Source: Rhodospirillales bacterium
GTDB lineage: Bacteria; Pseudomonadota; Alphaproteobacteria; Bin95
Direction of reading: 5' to 3'
NCBI GenBank assembly: GCA_038143065.1
Contig: JAYQLI010000035.1
Coordinates: 2,528,894-2,592,893 of the forward strand
Length of the DNA stretch: 64,000 nucleotides
In this document: positions 27,127 through 38,768 of the stretch, piece after piece
Position numbering within the stretch: the stretch's first letter is position 1
How the letters are laid out: the number at the start of each line of letters is the position of its first letter
The notes under the pieces: generated by a model
Told to the model about the DNA's origin: nothing
Database searches by the model: none
The model's input: the letters and a program-made list of their open reading frames with translations, nothing else
Position numbers and translations under genes: made by a program

Positions 27127-27933
27127 ATGAGTCTGTTCCTGATAGCGGTACTCGCTCTTGTCCAAGGTCTTACAGAGTTTCTGCCAATTTCATCTTCGGC
27201 CCATTTGGTTTTGACGCGGTGGCTATGGCTAAGTCCCAGCACCGATGCTGCTGCGGGCTTGGCGCTAGATGTTGCACTCCACGTCGGAACGCTAGCAGCT
27301 GTTATGCTATATTTTAGGGGCGACGTTGCAGCGCTCTTCCGTGGTACTCTTCGTTTGCTAAAAGGTCACCAAGACGGTGATGCAAGACTCGCTTGGCTGA
27401 TTTTATTGGCAACCTTGCCAGCGGTCATTATGGGTTTCACGTTTAAAACTGTTATTGAAACAAGTCTTCGTGGTGTTGAAGTTATAGCGTGGACCACGCT
27501 TATCTTTGGCATCCTTCTTTGGATAGCAGACCGGACATCTACGAATAAGAAAATTTCCGATCTTGATTGGAAGAAGGCACTGCTGGTCGGGGTTGCTCAG
27601 GCATTTGCTTTAGTGCCTGGTGTAAGCCGTTCAGGTGTTACAATTACAGTGGGAAGATGGTTAGGTATGGGCCGAGAGGAGGCTGCCAGGTTCGCATTGA
27701 TTTTATCCTTGCCGACAATCACTGGTGCAGCAGTTCTATCAGCCTTCGAGCTGGATACTGAGATTGCTTTAGGTTTATTGCAAAATGCAGTGGTCGGCGC
27801 TTTCATCGCTTTTATAGCAGCCTACATAGCTATTTCTCTGATGATGGCCTGGCTTCGAAAAGCGACCTTTATGCCTTTTGTTTTCTATCGGATCGCATTA
27901 GGCGTGGGCCTATTAATAGCTGTCTATTATTAG
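27127..27933 (+). CDS. uppP: Undecaprenyl-diphosphate phosphatase
   Basis: QGLTEFLPISSSAH and PGVSRSG motifs. Confidence 0.95.
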   Translation: MSLFLIAVLALVQGLTEFLPISSSAHLVLTRWLWLSPSTDAAAGLALDVALHVGTLAAVMLYFRGDVAALFRGTLRLLKGHQDGDARLAWLILLATLPAVIMGFTFKTVIETSLRGVEVIAWTTLIFGILLWIADRTSTNKKISDLDWKKALLVGVAQAFALVPGVSRSGVTITVGRWLGMGREEAARFALILSLPTITGAAVLSAFELDTEIALGLLQNAVVGAFIAFIAAYIAISLMMAWLRKATFMPFVFYRIALGVGLLIAVYY

Positions 27934-28910
27934 AGGTCGGCTGGATTAACCTCGCGTTCTAGTGATTCCCCGTTTGCATAACGCTGAATATTCTCAAGGA
28001 ATAGGGTATCCCACCTTGGACGTACTCCATCTCCTCCGAAAGAGGTGTGGGGGGTTAGCCGTACGTTTGGATGAGACCAGAATGGGTCCTCTTTTGGGAG
28101 GGGCTCCGTATGGAATACGTCTAATACAGCTGTAGAGATAATCCCCTTATCTAAAGCTTGAAGAAGTGCTGAGTCCTCAATTACGCCTCCGCGTGCAATG
28201 TTTACCAAGATTGCTCCAGGCTTCACAGCATTTAAGAAATCTTGATTGATCATCCCTCTCGTTTGGTCATTCAGTGAGCAAGCAAGAAGTATTATATCCG
28301 CCTCGGATGCAAAGCTTATGGCATCATCTTTGCTTCCCGCTCTATCTATGAAGGCGTCCTTTTGGGGTGAGCGCCGGATTACCGAAATGTGCGAACCAAA
28401 TGCCTTAGCTCGTTCGGCAACCGCGCTTCCAATTGGGCCATAGCCAAAGATAAGCCACTTCATTTTTGATAGTTCGCGAAACGGTGTGATTTTCCAAACG
28501 CGCTCAGCCTGCTGGTCTTGCTGCAGTTGTATGGGATGGGTCAATGATAACACCTGGGCCATTGTGTATTCAGCAATAGCAATACCTTGTGCGCTGGAAT
28601 TACATATCCGAACGCCTTTAGCTGCAATTTGATTGTAAGCGGGGGCATCTAGTCCGGCATTAAACGTTTGAAGGACGTCTAACTGTTTCATATCTAATGC
28701 AACCTGAAACCCCATCGGAAGTAATCCTTCAGAGCTCAGGTGCTGTGAAAACCAGAGGTAGTCAGCCTCAATTTCTGATGCTGAAGTAGTGCCGTTATGA
28801 AACTTTCCGTCCTGGTCGAAGGTTATAATTTCTAAATTAAGCCCAAGCGCATTAAGACGCTCGCCAATATGCTCAAGTGACTTCTCATACATGGCAAGGC
28901 GAACAGTCAT
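27930..28910 (-). CDS. D-2-hydroxyacid dehydrogenase family protein
   Basis: GYGPIG, NIARGG, LDVFHTEPL, TPH. Confidence 0.88.
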   Translation of the reverse strand: MTVRLAMYEKSLEHIGERLNALGLNLEIITFDQDGKFHNGTTSASEIEADYLWFSQHLSSEGLLPMGFQVALDMKQLDVLQTFNAGLDAPAYNQIAAKGVRICNSSAQGIAIAEYTMAQVLSLTHPIQLQQDQQAERVWKITPFRELSKMKWLIFGYGPIGSAVAERAKAFGSHISVIRRSPQKDAFIDRAGSKDDAISFASEADIILLACSLNDQTRGMINQDFLNAVKPGAILVNIARGGVIEDSALLQALDKGIISTAVLDVFHTEPLPKEDPFWSHPNVRLTPHTSFGGDGVRPRWDTLFLENIQRYANGESLEREVNPADL

Positions 28911-29125
28911 TGGTTGTAAGCTCCAAAATTTGGTTCAAAATTAACTGCTAATGAGTTTTGCGGCTGAATAAATGGTCGTCAAATCGCAAAGATTCAACGC
29001 ATATTGTCCTGAAAAGCCAAAAGCGAAAAACATACTTTAAGCTAAAATTTTAAGTCGGAAACCCCTGGTATGTTAGGGGAAATAGATTGATGTTTTGGTA
29101 ATGAATTAAGTTTGAAATGCAGTTG

Positions 29126-29867
29126 TTAGGGCCGCTCGGTTTCTAAGTCGTAACCTCTTCGCGAGATTATAGACTGCGCTTTAGGTGATTTAAGGAAATT
29201 TAAAAACGCTATAGCCCTGGGGGAGGCGTTAGCAATCAAAACAGCATCCTGAGTAATGGGTTTATAAAGGCTTTGGGGTAATCTCCAAAAATTACCTTCG
29301 GTGCTTAAAAAGGGCCTGAGCCTCAGATACGAGGGCGTATTCTGCTGTGCCCGACCAAGCAAATTGGAATGCTTGAGTGACACTTTTCCCCCTAACGAGC
29401 TTGTCGGAGAGATTTGGCATTACGCCAAGGGCAGAAATGGCCTCAATCGCTGCAGAGCCATAGGGAGCGGTTGAGGGATTGGCGATAGCAAGGCGTTCGA
29501 AAGAGGCGGAGCGAAGCGTGAGATTATTTGGTTTGGTATTATTTCGTGTGAAAAGTACTAAACGGCCCACGGCATAGGTAAAACGACTGCCTTTTATGGT
29601 TAAACCTTCGGCCTCTAAGCGCTTAGGCCTTACGCTGTCTGCCGCTAAGAGAGCTTCTACTGGAGCTCCCTGCGTTATTTGCAGGTAAAGAGCTCCGGTG
29701 GAACCAATTACCAGTTCAATACTTCCAGTGTTGGCGTCGTTAAAACTTTGAACCAGGGCCTCAGCTGTTTTGGCAAAATTTGCTGCAACTGCAATTTTTG
29801 TAGGTTCAGCAGCAGAAGGTGAACTAAGAACAAAGACTAAAAGTACTGCTGTAATTCGCCCAATCAC
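29126..29867 (-). CDS. modA: Molybdate ABC transporter substrate-binding protein (frameshift near 29300)
   Basis: VAANF, GSTGAL..QI..GAP, YAVGRLVL, IANPSTAPYG, PITQDAVL. Confidence 0.85.
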
Positions 29868-31287
29868 AGAACCTTGCCCGGGTTGAAAATACTCTTTGGG
29901 TCGAGTGCTTGCTTAATTCGCCTCATAAGATCCAAATCAAGCGCTGGCTTAAAATACTGCAGTTCCTCTACTTTGAGCTTTCCTATTCCATGCTCGGCTG
30001 AAATAGAGCCTCCCATATCAACTACAATTTCGTGCACGGCGTGGTTTAATTTTTCCCAAAGTCCTAGAAACTCCTCGCGGTCCATGTTCTCAGGCTGGGT
30101 AATATTATAGTGGAGGTTGCCGTCGCCAGCATGACCAAATGCACATATGCGGGAACCTGGGATAGTAGCTTCAACGACTGGCGCTGCACGGTGCATGAAT
30201 TCTGGAATAAGAGAGACAGGCACAGATATGTCATGTTTTATACTGGCGCCTTCAGGAATTTGCCCCTCTACGACTCCTTCCCGAATTCTCCAGAACGCCT
30301 GAGCCTGAGCCTCACTCTCTGCAATTGTGGCGTCGAGTACTAAACCCTTCTCGTACGCCTCTGCCAAAGCCTCCTCAACAATGGTGCGAAGGCCACTGTC
30401 TGCCCGGCCAGCACTCGCACGGAACAGCACGTAGTGCTCATATGGCTGATCAAAAGGGTCGCGACAGCCATGGACGTGTTTACAAGCAAGGTGAATGCCA
30501 AAGCGCTCGATAAGCTCAAAAGCTGATATCTGATCACCCGTTGCTGCCCGCAGTCGTGATAGGAGCTCAATAACACCATTCACATCTCGAACTGCGCAGA
30601 AAACAGAAACTTCATCTTTCGGCTTGGGGAACAACTTACATGTGGCTGCGGTAATTATGCCTAAAGTACCTTCGCCTCCGACGAAGAGATGTTTTAGATC
30701 ATACCCAGTGTTATCTTTCCGCAGTCGTTTGAGATTATTCCAAATTTGCCCGTCAGGCAGTACGACTTCTAAACCCAGCACCAAATCGCGCGCATTGCCG
30801 TAGCGAAGCGTGTTAATTCCTCCAGCATTTGTGGACAGATTTCCTCCTATTTGGCATGAGCCCTCAGCGCCTAGAGAAAGGGGAAATAGCCTGTCATTTT
30901 CAGCAGCTGCAGTCTGAATATTTTGCAGGATACAGCCCGCTTCCACGGTGATGGTGTAATCAAGGGGATCGATATCTCGGATTTTGTTCATGCGCGAGAG
31001 AGAAAGTAAAACCTGACCATCGGGGTGGCGCCGCCACAAAGACCTGTATTGCCGCCTTGGGGTGTGATTGGTATGCCAAACTCAGCACATACTTTTACAA
31101 CGGCAGCAACTTCCTCAGTTGAGCCAGGTTTAACAACCAGAATGGCGGATCCATGATAAAGGCCTCGGGGCTCTACAAGCATTGGGCTGATTGCGTCAGC
31201 GTTTTCAACGAGACCACTAGGTCCGACTACCGCCAAAAGACGAGATGTTAAGTCAGACGAATTAACAGGAGTTGGCGCCTCGGGCAT
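29864..31287 (-). CDS. FAD-binding oxidoreductase (D-2-hydroxyglutarate/D-lactate dehydrogenase-like), one frameshift
   Basis: PQGGNTGL, GGNLSTNAGG, LRKDNTGYDL, GHAGDGNLH, SAEHGIG. Confidence 0.88.
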
Positions 31288-31395
31288 GAAATCAATCCGC
31301 GCAGGTTTGGGTTAGGAGTTAACTTAGAGTTCTAGATTAGAAATGCAACGCTGATCAGTTTTTCTCATTTGAGCCAAATATTGGGCTGTTGCTCG

Positions 31396-32180
31396 TCAGC
31401 TGTGAGAACCTCCCCAAGCAATAAAATAACTATTTAGGAAGTCTGGTTTTCCATATTGCAGTTCTGGACCTCCATTAATCACTTTTACAGCTCCCCGGCT
31501 GCTTTAAGCACTGCATGCGCAGCTGCTGTATCCCATTCCATGGAGCCTCCATAACGTGGATATACATCAGCATCACCGCGCGCAATTAAGCAGAATTTAA
31601 TAGAACTGCCTGCATCGACTTGGTTGGTTACATCATACTTCGCGAGGAAGCGCCGCACATCCGTGGATTGGCCGTATGTACGGCTTAATGCAACAACAAT
31701 GCCCTCCTCTGGAAAGTCTCTAACACTAATATCTTTCCGTTCATCATTTCCAATTTCCATCCAAGCGCCTTTACCTACCTGTCCTGCATACATCTCGTTA
31801 GAGGCAGGCGAATAAACTACTCCTAGCAATGGAAGACCGTCTTCAATGAGTCCAATGTTTACAGTGAATTCTGGGATTTTCTTTAAAAATTCTTTAGTGC
31901 CGTCCAGAGGGTCCACTAACCAGAAGCGTCCACCTGAAATGTCAGGTGAGTTGCCTGCCGCTACCTGCTCTTCCGCAACGATTGGAATGTGAGGTGTTAA
32001 TTGGCTTAAGCCAGCTACTATGATTTTTTCTGCTGCAATATCTGCTTCTGAAACCTGGCTTCGTCGATCATCATTTTTCGTGTGCGTAATGACATTTTCT
32101 GCGTTGAAAAATGGCATAATTGCTTTTCCAGCCTCACGAGCAAGATCAGCTATTTTTTCAAGAATTGGGTCACCAGTCAT
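31396..32180 (-). CDS. cysQ: 3'(2'),5'-bisphosphate nucleotidase (3' frameshift)
   Basis: VAEE, WLVDPLDGTKEF, GSSIKFC, EWDTAAAHA. C-terminus LQYGKPDFLNSYFIAWG lies in the shifted frame. Confidence 0.9.
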
Positions 32181-32319
32181 ATATTTTCATCATTATGAAA
32201 TTACGTAGAGAGTTTGATAACGCGTAAGGTTGTCTCAAGCTAGTTTGGATAAAGATAAAGTTTTAGTTGGAACCACTCTATGTCTTGTAATGATTGCTAG
32301 GGTAATCTTAATCCTTGCT

Positions 32320-33099
32320 CTAAACATCCATAAATTTTGCCACCTCTCCCGAAAAAATACTTGCTTGCTCTATATAGGCTGCATGGCCTGCATTTTTGAT
32401 TGTAACGAGGCGAGAGCCTGGCACTGCTTCCGCCACAGCTTTTGTTGACGCCGCTGGAGCAATTTTATCGTTTTCTCCCGCAAGGATTAGAGTAGGTTGT
32501 TCGATAGTTGCTAATATTGCGGCATTATTTGAGTTTTTCAGCAAGTGTACTGCAGCTTCGTATCCGGCAATACGAATTTCGCCTGCAATAGAAGCAACGG
32601 CACTAAATACAGGACTGTCTTCACCAACCATACTTTTCGCACGCGCCTTTCCAAAAGTATGGTCATCCATGTTTCTGCGTTCGGCGAGGCGCAAATCATA
32701 ACCGGATGGTTCGTCAGAAGCGAAAGAGACTTTTGTTGCAGATAGTACTAAGCGTCGGACCCGTAATGGTGCTAATCGTGCTACCCATGGTGCTACGGCT
32801 CCTCCCATAGAATGACCAACGAGATTGAATTCACCAATTTTCAATTCATCTAGAGCAGCCAAAAGTGCTTTTGCAAAGTCAGACGTTTTTGGTTTACCCC
32901 CTGGAAATGGATCACTCTCGCCGTAGCCCGGGCAATCCCAGGCAATTACGTGAAAGCGATTAGACAGTTCGTCTAGTTGCCGTATCCAAGATTTTGACGA
33001 TCCACCAAGGCCATGAAGAAATATTAAAGCTGGTCCTTCGCCTGCTTCTCGAAGGGCGATTTGACCCGTTGGTGTCTTTAAATGAGAGACTCTATTCAT
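32320..33099 (-). CDS. Alpha/beta-fold hydrolase (enol-lactonase-like)
   Basis: FLHGLGG, GHSMGG nucleophile elbow, GENDKIAP, AGH. Confidence 0.88.
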   Translation of the reverse strand: MNRVSHLKTPTGQIALREAGEGPALIFLHGLGGSSKSWIRQLDELSNRFHVIAWDCPGYGESDPFPGGKPKTSDFAKALLAALDELKIGEFNLVGHSMGGAVAPWVARLAPLRVRRLVLSATKVSFASDEPSGYDLRLAERRNMDDHTFGKARAKSMVGEDSPVFSAVASIAGEIRIAGYEAAVHLLKNSNNAAILATIEQPTLILAGENDKIAPAASTKAVAEAVPGSRLVTIKNAGHAAYIEQASIFSGEVAKFMDV

Positions 33100-33989
33100 T
33101 TTTGACGTTCCCTCTCGAGTATGACTTCTCGTCGCCAAATATATAGACCAGCCATTGCGACGATTACTGCCCCTAATGCTGTTTGCAGGCTTGGTATGTC
33201 ACCCCAAATTAGGTAGCCAAGTGCAGCAGCCCAAATCAATGCTAGGTATTTTAAGGGAGCTACTATAGCGCCTGATGCAAATTTGAAGGCAGCAATGATC
33301 AACCTGTTGGATGTTGCCAACATGGCAGACGCGCCCAGGAACAAAAGCCAACCCTCATTTGATACTGAACTTGCACCCATTATGGGGAGGCTCATGAATC
33401 CTCCCACCATGCCAACAAACATACTCCAAAACAGGATGGAGGGACCGTTATCTATACGGCTTAGAGATCGAGTTGAAATATCTCGGAGGGCGGCAAAAAA
33501 GGCTGCTGCCAAAGGAGCAAGAACGGCCCAGCCCACTTCTTCAAAGCTAGGACCAACAATTATCATGGCTCCGATGAAACCAGCCATAGTTGCGAGCCAG
33601 CGTCGCCAGCCAACATTTTCTTTCAGAACTAACGCAGAGAGAGCAGTTGTCATTACGGGGGATACGAAAATAACAGCGAGTGCATCAGCTAATGGAAGAG
33701 CCTGAAAAGACAAAATTACAAAAGCGCTGGTTACCAGCGCTAGGACAGCTCGAAGAAAATTTCGTTTAGGAGCTTTGCTTCGAAGTGATGATAAAGACCC
33801 TCCTTCGAGTTGTAATATGAGTAATACGAAGGGAAGTGAAAGCAATCCTCTCCAAGCCATCACGTCGCCTGGGTGAAGTGAAGTCAAAAGCCATTTTGTT
33901 ATGGCATCATTGCTAGTTAACAGCACTGTGCCGACGACCATGCACGCGATCCCCTTTAAAGGGGCATCAGATGCTGTTGATGAATTCAT
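33096..33989 (-). CDS. DMT/EamA family transporter
   Basis: About 10 TM segments; 'LKENVGWRRW' and 'GYLIWGDIP' patterns. Confidence 0.87.
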   Translation of the reverse strand: MNSSTASDAPLKGIACMVVGTVLLTSNDAITKWLLTSLHPGDVMAWRGLLSLPFVLLILQLEGGSLSSLRSKAPKRNFLRAVLALVTSAFVILSFQALPLADALAVIFVSPVMTTALSALVLKENVGWRRWLATMAGFIGAMIIVGPSFEEVGWAVLAPLAAAFFAALRDISTRSLSRIDNGPSILFWSMFVGMVGGFMSLPIMGASSVSNEGWLLFLGASAMLATSNRLIIAAFKFASGAIVAPLKYLALIWAAALGYLIWGDIPSLQTALGAVIVAMAGLYIWRREVILERERQK

Positions 33990-34195
33990 TATCAAGGCAC
34001 TCCAACTTGGTCGTTTGATTATAACATTCCACCTCATCTAAGCGATGGATCTATTGTTGCATTGTTAATCTTCACATTTGCGGTATGGCTTAGCGCTGCT
34101 GCTGAATTTTTATGTTTATGAAAAGTGTAGGTTTTTCGACTCAAAAAAATTAGGTACCCTGCTCTCGGTATCTCTTTATGTGAAGGCAAACTTAA

Positions 34196-35067
34196 ATGGT
34201 TTTAAAACTTCCTGGTCAGCTGGTTTCTACGGAATGGTTAGAAATGCACTTGGAACACCCGGCGCTTCGTATTTTAGATGCAACTGTTTATTTGCATCCT
34301 ACTTCTAACAACCAAATGCGAATGGAATCAGGAATAAATGACTATGGGGCTGGTCATATTCCAGGTGCTGTTTTTGCAGATCTGATAGAAGATCTTTCGG
34401 ACCCAGAAAGTTCACTTCGCTTCACTCTTCCATCAGCCGAACGATTTGCAACTAATATCGGAAAACTTGGTGTTGGCGATGAAAATGTAGTTGTTGTTTA
34501 TTCTGGAGGATCCATGTCTTGGGCTCCTAGGCTTTGGCTGATGCTCAAGGCTTTTGGGTTTGATCATGTGGCTGTGCTAGATGGGGGATGGCACAAGTGG
34601 TCTTCAGAGGGGCGTCCTACCTCAAATCAACCTTCAAGATATCCTGAATCAACATTTACGCCAAAATTTCGCGAAGGTATTTTTGTTGATCAAAATACCG
34701 TGGAAGATGCTCGATCAGATAGAAAAAGCATTATCGTAAATGCGTTATCTCCTGAGCAACACTCTGGAGAAGGTGGAGCGCATTATGGGCGTCCCGGACG
34801 AATTGCTAATAGTGTAAATGTTCCCGCGGCTGCTTTATTGGATCGACATACCTTTGCATTCCGCCCGGCAGGTGAGATCGCAATGGCGTTTGATGCTGTG
34901 GGAGCTACAGAGGAGAAGCGCCTGGTGATATACTGCGGGGAGGTATTGCCGCCTCGCAAGTCGCGTTTGCTCAAGCTCTAATAGGGCGTCCCGCTGCGGC
35001 GGTTTATGACGCCTCTCTCCAGGAATGGGCGATGGACAAGGAAGCTGCGATGGAAACAGATTTCTAA
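34196..35067 (+). CDS. Rhodanese-type sulfurtransferase (SseA-like), 3' frameshift
   Basis: LVSTEWL, GHIPGAVF, LDGGWHKW, active-site YCG(GG), YDASLQEW in the shifted frame. Confidence 0.87.
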
Positions 35068-35085
35068 TGTGTTTTTAGAACAGAG

Positions 35086-35131
35086 GTGTCTGCTGTTTAC
35101 TTTTGCCTCAAAATTAAAGAACAGCAGACAC
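35086..35131. terminator. Inverted repeat between convergent genes (probable bidirectional terminator)
   Basis: Perfect 12-bp stem GTGTCTGCTGTT / AACAGCAGACAC with an inner TTTTG-CCT-CAAAA stem. Confidence 0.6.
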
Positions 35132-35163
35132 ACAGACATCCATTTCTTATAATGTGCTGATGA

Positions 35164-36254
35164 TTACTCCACCTGAAAATCACGCATAATTTCTGGTTTT
35201 ATTTTTAGACCATGGCCTGGGGCTTCTGGGGCGGTGATTATACCATTTACAGGCTTCGCCCAATCCACCCAAATATCCGATAATAAGCCCATGTCCTCGA
35301 TTATTTCTGGGTTTGGAATTGATGCCATAAGATGAATCATCAGTTCCGGATATAGATGCGGAGCAATCTTTAACCCAAAAGTGTCAGCTATAGTAGCGAT
35401 CTTGCGTAGCTCAGTTAGGCCCCCTCGGATAACATCGGGCTGTAGGATTGGACAAACCGGGTTCTGGAAAAATGGCTTGAGATCAAAGCGGGTAAAATGG
35501 CTTTCGCCTCCCACTACACGAGTATCAAGAGCATTTGCTATACGAAAATATCCTTCAAAATCGTCTGGAACCACAGGCTCTTCTAGCCAGTACACGCCGT
35601 AATCTTGTATTTTTTTACCCATAAGAATTGCATGATCTGCCGTATAAGCCATGTTTGCATCGACCATAATGTCAATGTCATCACCTATGGCTGACCTGAC
35701 TTGGCGTACGTTCTCTACATCCTCTCTATCACCCCAATTATGCCCAATTTGCATTTTTATCGCGGAAAATCCTTCGCTCTTAAATCGAAGCGCTTTTTCA
35801 ATCATTCCCTCTCTTGTCATTCCGCGCCATACACCGGAACCATACGCCTTGATCTTAGGCTGAACATGTCCCCAGAGTCTGTGAAGAGGTAGACCTGCCG
35901 CTTGGCCGACAATATCCCAAAGAGCAACGTCGATCGCAGATAATGCTAGGACAGGAGCACCGCCACGGCCATCAGCCAATGATGATTTGTAGAGATCTCT
36001 CCAAATTCCTCTACTTCAGTCGCATCGCGACCAACAACTTGTCGCTCATGCATTTCTTTTATCGCTGACCGGGTTGTCCGCATTCCTTCTCGCAGATACA
36101 GCTGATAACCGAGACCTACATGACCTGCAGCAGTTTCAATTTCGCAAACAAGTATGTCCCTTGGTTTATTGTAGCCGGCTTGGAATGCGGGCTGCTCAAC
36201 ATAAGGAACTGTAAGTAAGGTGATGCGGAGATCTTTGATAGTAAGGTCGCCCAT
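35164..36254 (-). CDS. Mandelate racemase/muconate lactonizing enzyme family protein, one frameshift
   Basis: SAIDVALWD, KMQIG, MVDAN, WLEEP, GGE, QPD. Confidence 0.88.
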
Positions 36255-36259
36255 GCTTT

Positions 36260-36547
36260 TTATATTCCTTCAACAATAAAGGCTTGGAAGTCAGCAGCAT
36301 TTTCCCGCGCTGCTTTGGCCTCAGCGTATTCTGGAGAATTCCAAAAAGCTTCAGCAGCCTCGACGTCTTAAAACTCAAGCAAAACTACACGACGCGTTTC
36401 CTCGTCTCCTTCTAAAGTTACCGTTTTTCCTCCTCGAGCTATGAATTTTCCTCCATTTGCAGCAATGGCATTGGGAGTGAGGGCTTGATATTTTTTAAAT
36501 TTCTCAGGGTCAGTAACATCTACTCTCACAACTATGTAGGCAGGCAT
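36260..36547 (-). CDS. DUF1330 family protein, frameshifted
   Basis: Manual translation MPAYIVVRVDVTDPEKFKKY...GGKFIARGG...LEG...RRVV.LEF...AFWNSPEYAEAKAAR. Confidence 0.8.
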
Positions 36548-36675
36548 TGAGGTTTTCCTTAGACTATACGGATTACTTGAAGGGTTATGATGACTCCTGC
36601 TGCATTCGAGGGGAAGAGCCTTTCAGCACCAAATCTCAATGAGGGATGGTTGCAGATTAAAACAAAAGGGGATGT

Positions 36676-37455
36676 TTGATGGATGGTATGGCTAAATTTC
36701 GTTCTGCTTATGATCTTGATGCTAGCGAAGCTGAATGGGAACTTCGGGTTCAACTTGCAGCAGCTTATCGCCTAGTTGATCACTTCGGTTGGACTGAATT
36801 GATTTACGGGCACCTAACAGCGCGCGTGCCAGGGCCTGATCATCACTTTTTGATTAATCCATACGGTTTAAATTATGACGAGGTAACTGCATCAAACCTC
36901 GTAAAGATAGATCTTGAGGGCAATGCCGTTGGAGGAAGCCAGTATGGGGTAAACTATGCCGGTTTTGTTATCCATTCAGCTATCCACATGGCAAAGACTG
37001 ATAGAAATCGGGTGGTGATGCATACTCATACTCGTGCAGGTATGGCAGTTGCGGCGTTGGAAGAAGGCCTTATGCCTATCTCCATGACTTCAACCCAATT
37101 CTTTGGTGATATCGCATACCATGATTACGAGGGAGTCAGTTTATATTTGGATGAAAGAGACCGTCTGCTTGATGCGCTTGGTGACTCTAAGGCGATGATA
37201 CTTCGCAATCATGGTCTCCTGACAGTCGGTCGAACTGTGCCGGAAGCGTTTTTGAACCTCTATAGGCTGGAGCGGGCGTGCCAGGTTCAGATTGATGCGC
37301 AGGCGGCGGGTAAGGTGCGTATTCTTTCTGGGAATGTTGCTACAAAAAGTAGGGAAGAACTTGAGCATTCAGCTACGGATAAGCCTAAGGGTGACCTGGA
37401 GTTTGCTGCTCTAATGCGAAAGCTTGATAAAAACGATCCCTCATATCGGAATTGA
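36676..37455 (+). CDS. Class II aldolase/adducin family protein
   Basis: FLINPYGL..DEVTASNLVKID, GFVIHSAIH, HTHT, LRNHGLLT. Confidence 0.9.
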   Translation: MMDGMAKFRSAYDLDASEAEWELRVQLAAAYRLVDHFGWTELIYGHLTARVPGPDHHFLINPYGLNYDEVTASNLVKIDLEGNAVGGSQYGVNYAGFVIHSAIHMAKTDRNRVVMHTHTRAGMAVAALEEGLMPISMTSTQFFGDIAYHDYEGVSLYLDERDRLLDALGDSKAMILRNHGLLTVGRTVPEAFLNLYRLERACQVQIDAQAAGKVRILSGNVATKSREELEHSATDKPKGDLEFAALMRKLDKNDPSYRN

Positions 37456-38720
37456 AATTAATGGATCTTACTAATCCTAGTGCAGTCGGTATGTCAGACG
37501 AACGTTTGGCGCGACTGGGGCCCTGGATGGAGAGCTACGTTGATAGTGGAAAACTTCCAGGTTGTATGACGCTGGTGGCCCGGCATGGCGAGATTATTTT
37601 CTGGGAAGGAAGGGGGGTTGCAGAAGAGATACATCGCCGGCCAATAGCCAAAAGCGATATTTTTCGAATTTATTCCATGACAAAGCCAATTGTTTCTGTT
37701 GCGGCAATGAACCTCTTCGAGGAGGGAAGGTTTCAGCTTGACGATCCGGTTTCACGTTTTCTCCCTGAGTTTGGCAAGGCTCGCCTTTGGTTGGAAGGTG
37801 AGGGCGAGGAAATGAAAACTGAAGCCATTGGCGATGAAATGAGAATTTGGCATTTGATGACCCATACCTCTGGTTTGATTTATGGGAATAGATCATCTGG
37901 CCCTGTTGGCGATGCCTATCAAGCAGCCGGCGTAGATTTTTCTGGGAGCCGAAATTCAGGCTCTTTGGAGGCTATGACAAAGCTTTGTGCGTCAATGCCA
38001 CTGCGCTGGCGCCCGGGGACTCGCTGGGAATATTCGGTCTCAACTGATGTACTTGGCAGGCTTGTCGAAGTGGTGGCGGGAAAACCTCTAGGTAAGGTTT
38101 TATCGGAACGCATCTTTGAACCACTTGGCATGGATGACACGAGTTTCAATTTGCCGCGTTCAAAGATTGATCGCTTAACTGAGCTTTTCCAGCGACAGGA
38201 TGATAGCTCCTATCTTTCTGTTGATCCGCCTAATGATCAGTCAACTTGGGTCAAGCCTGTAACGTTGGAGTCGGGTGGTGGTGGACTTGTTTCAACTGCT
38301 GCAGATTATTTTAAGTTTGCAGAAATGTTGAGATGTCTTGGAGCATTAAACGGGTCCTCCATCTTGGGCAGGAAGACAGCCGAATACATGATGCGGAATC
38401 ACTTGCCTGGAGGAGCTGACCTCACAAGTATGGGACAACCGATTTTTAGTGAAACTAGCTATGACGGTATCGGTTTTAGTCTTGGAGGCTCGGTTGTAGT
38501 AGATGCAGCCAAATCAAAGGCCTTATGTTCTGAGGGAGAGTTCGCTTGGGGTGGAGTTGCGTCAACGGCTTTTTGGGTAGATCGCAAAGAAGGTTTAGTT
38601 GTTGTATTCCTTACGCAGCTACTGCCGTCCTCGTCATATCCAATTCGTCGTGAACTTAGGTCTTTGGTAAATCAAGCAATAATTGATTGTGCCCACAGCG
38701 ATAAAACCATTAAGTTTTGA
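37452..38720 (+). CDS. Serine hydrolase (beta-lactamase/family VIII esterase)
   Basis: SMTK catalytic motif, LMTHTSG, WEYS, WGG. Confidence 0.9.
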   Translation: MKLMDLTNPSAVGMSDERLARLGPWMESYVDSGKLPGCMTLVARHGEIIFWEGRGVAEEIHRRPIAKSDIFRIYSMTKPIVSVAAMNLFEEGRFQLDDPVSRFLPEFGKARLWLEGEGEEMKTEAIGDEMRIWHLMTHTSGLIYGNRSSGPVGDAYQAAGVDFSGSRNSGSLEAMTKLCASMPLRWRPGTRWEYSVSTDVLGRLVEVVAGKPLGKVLSERIFEPLGMDDTSFNLPRSKIDRLTELFQRQDDSSYLSVDPPNDQSTWVKPVTLESGGGGLVSTAADYFKFAEMLRCLGALNGSSILGRKTAEYMMRNHLPGGADLTSMGQPIFSETSYDGIGFSLGGSVVVDAAKSKALCSEGEFAWGGVASTAFWVDRKEGLVVVFLTQLLPSSSYPIRRELRSLVNQAIIDCAHSDKTIKF

Positions 38721-38768
38721 CTGTTAATCAAGGTGTTCCACTTAGACTAAACAAAGGGGGCAGAACTC

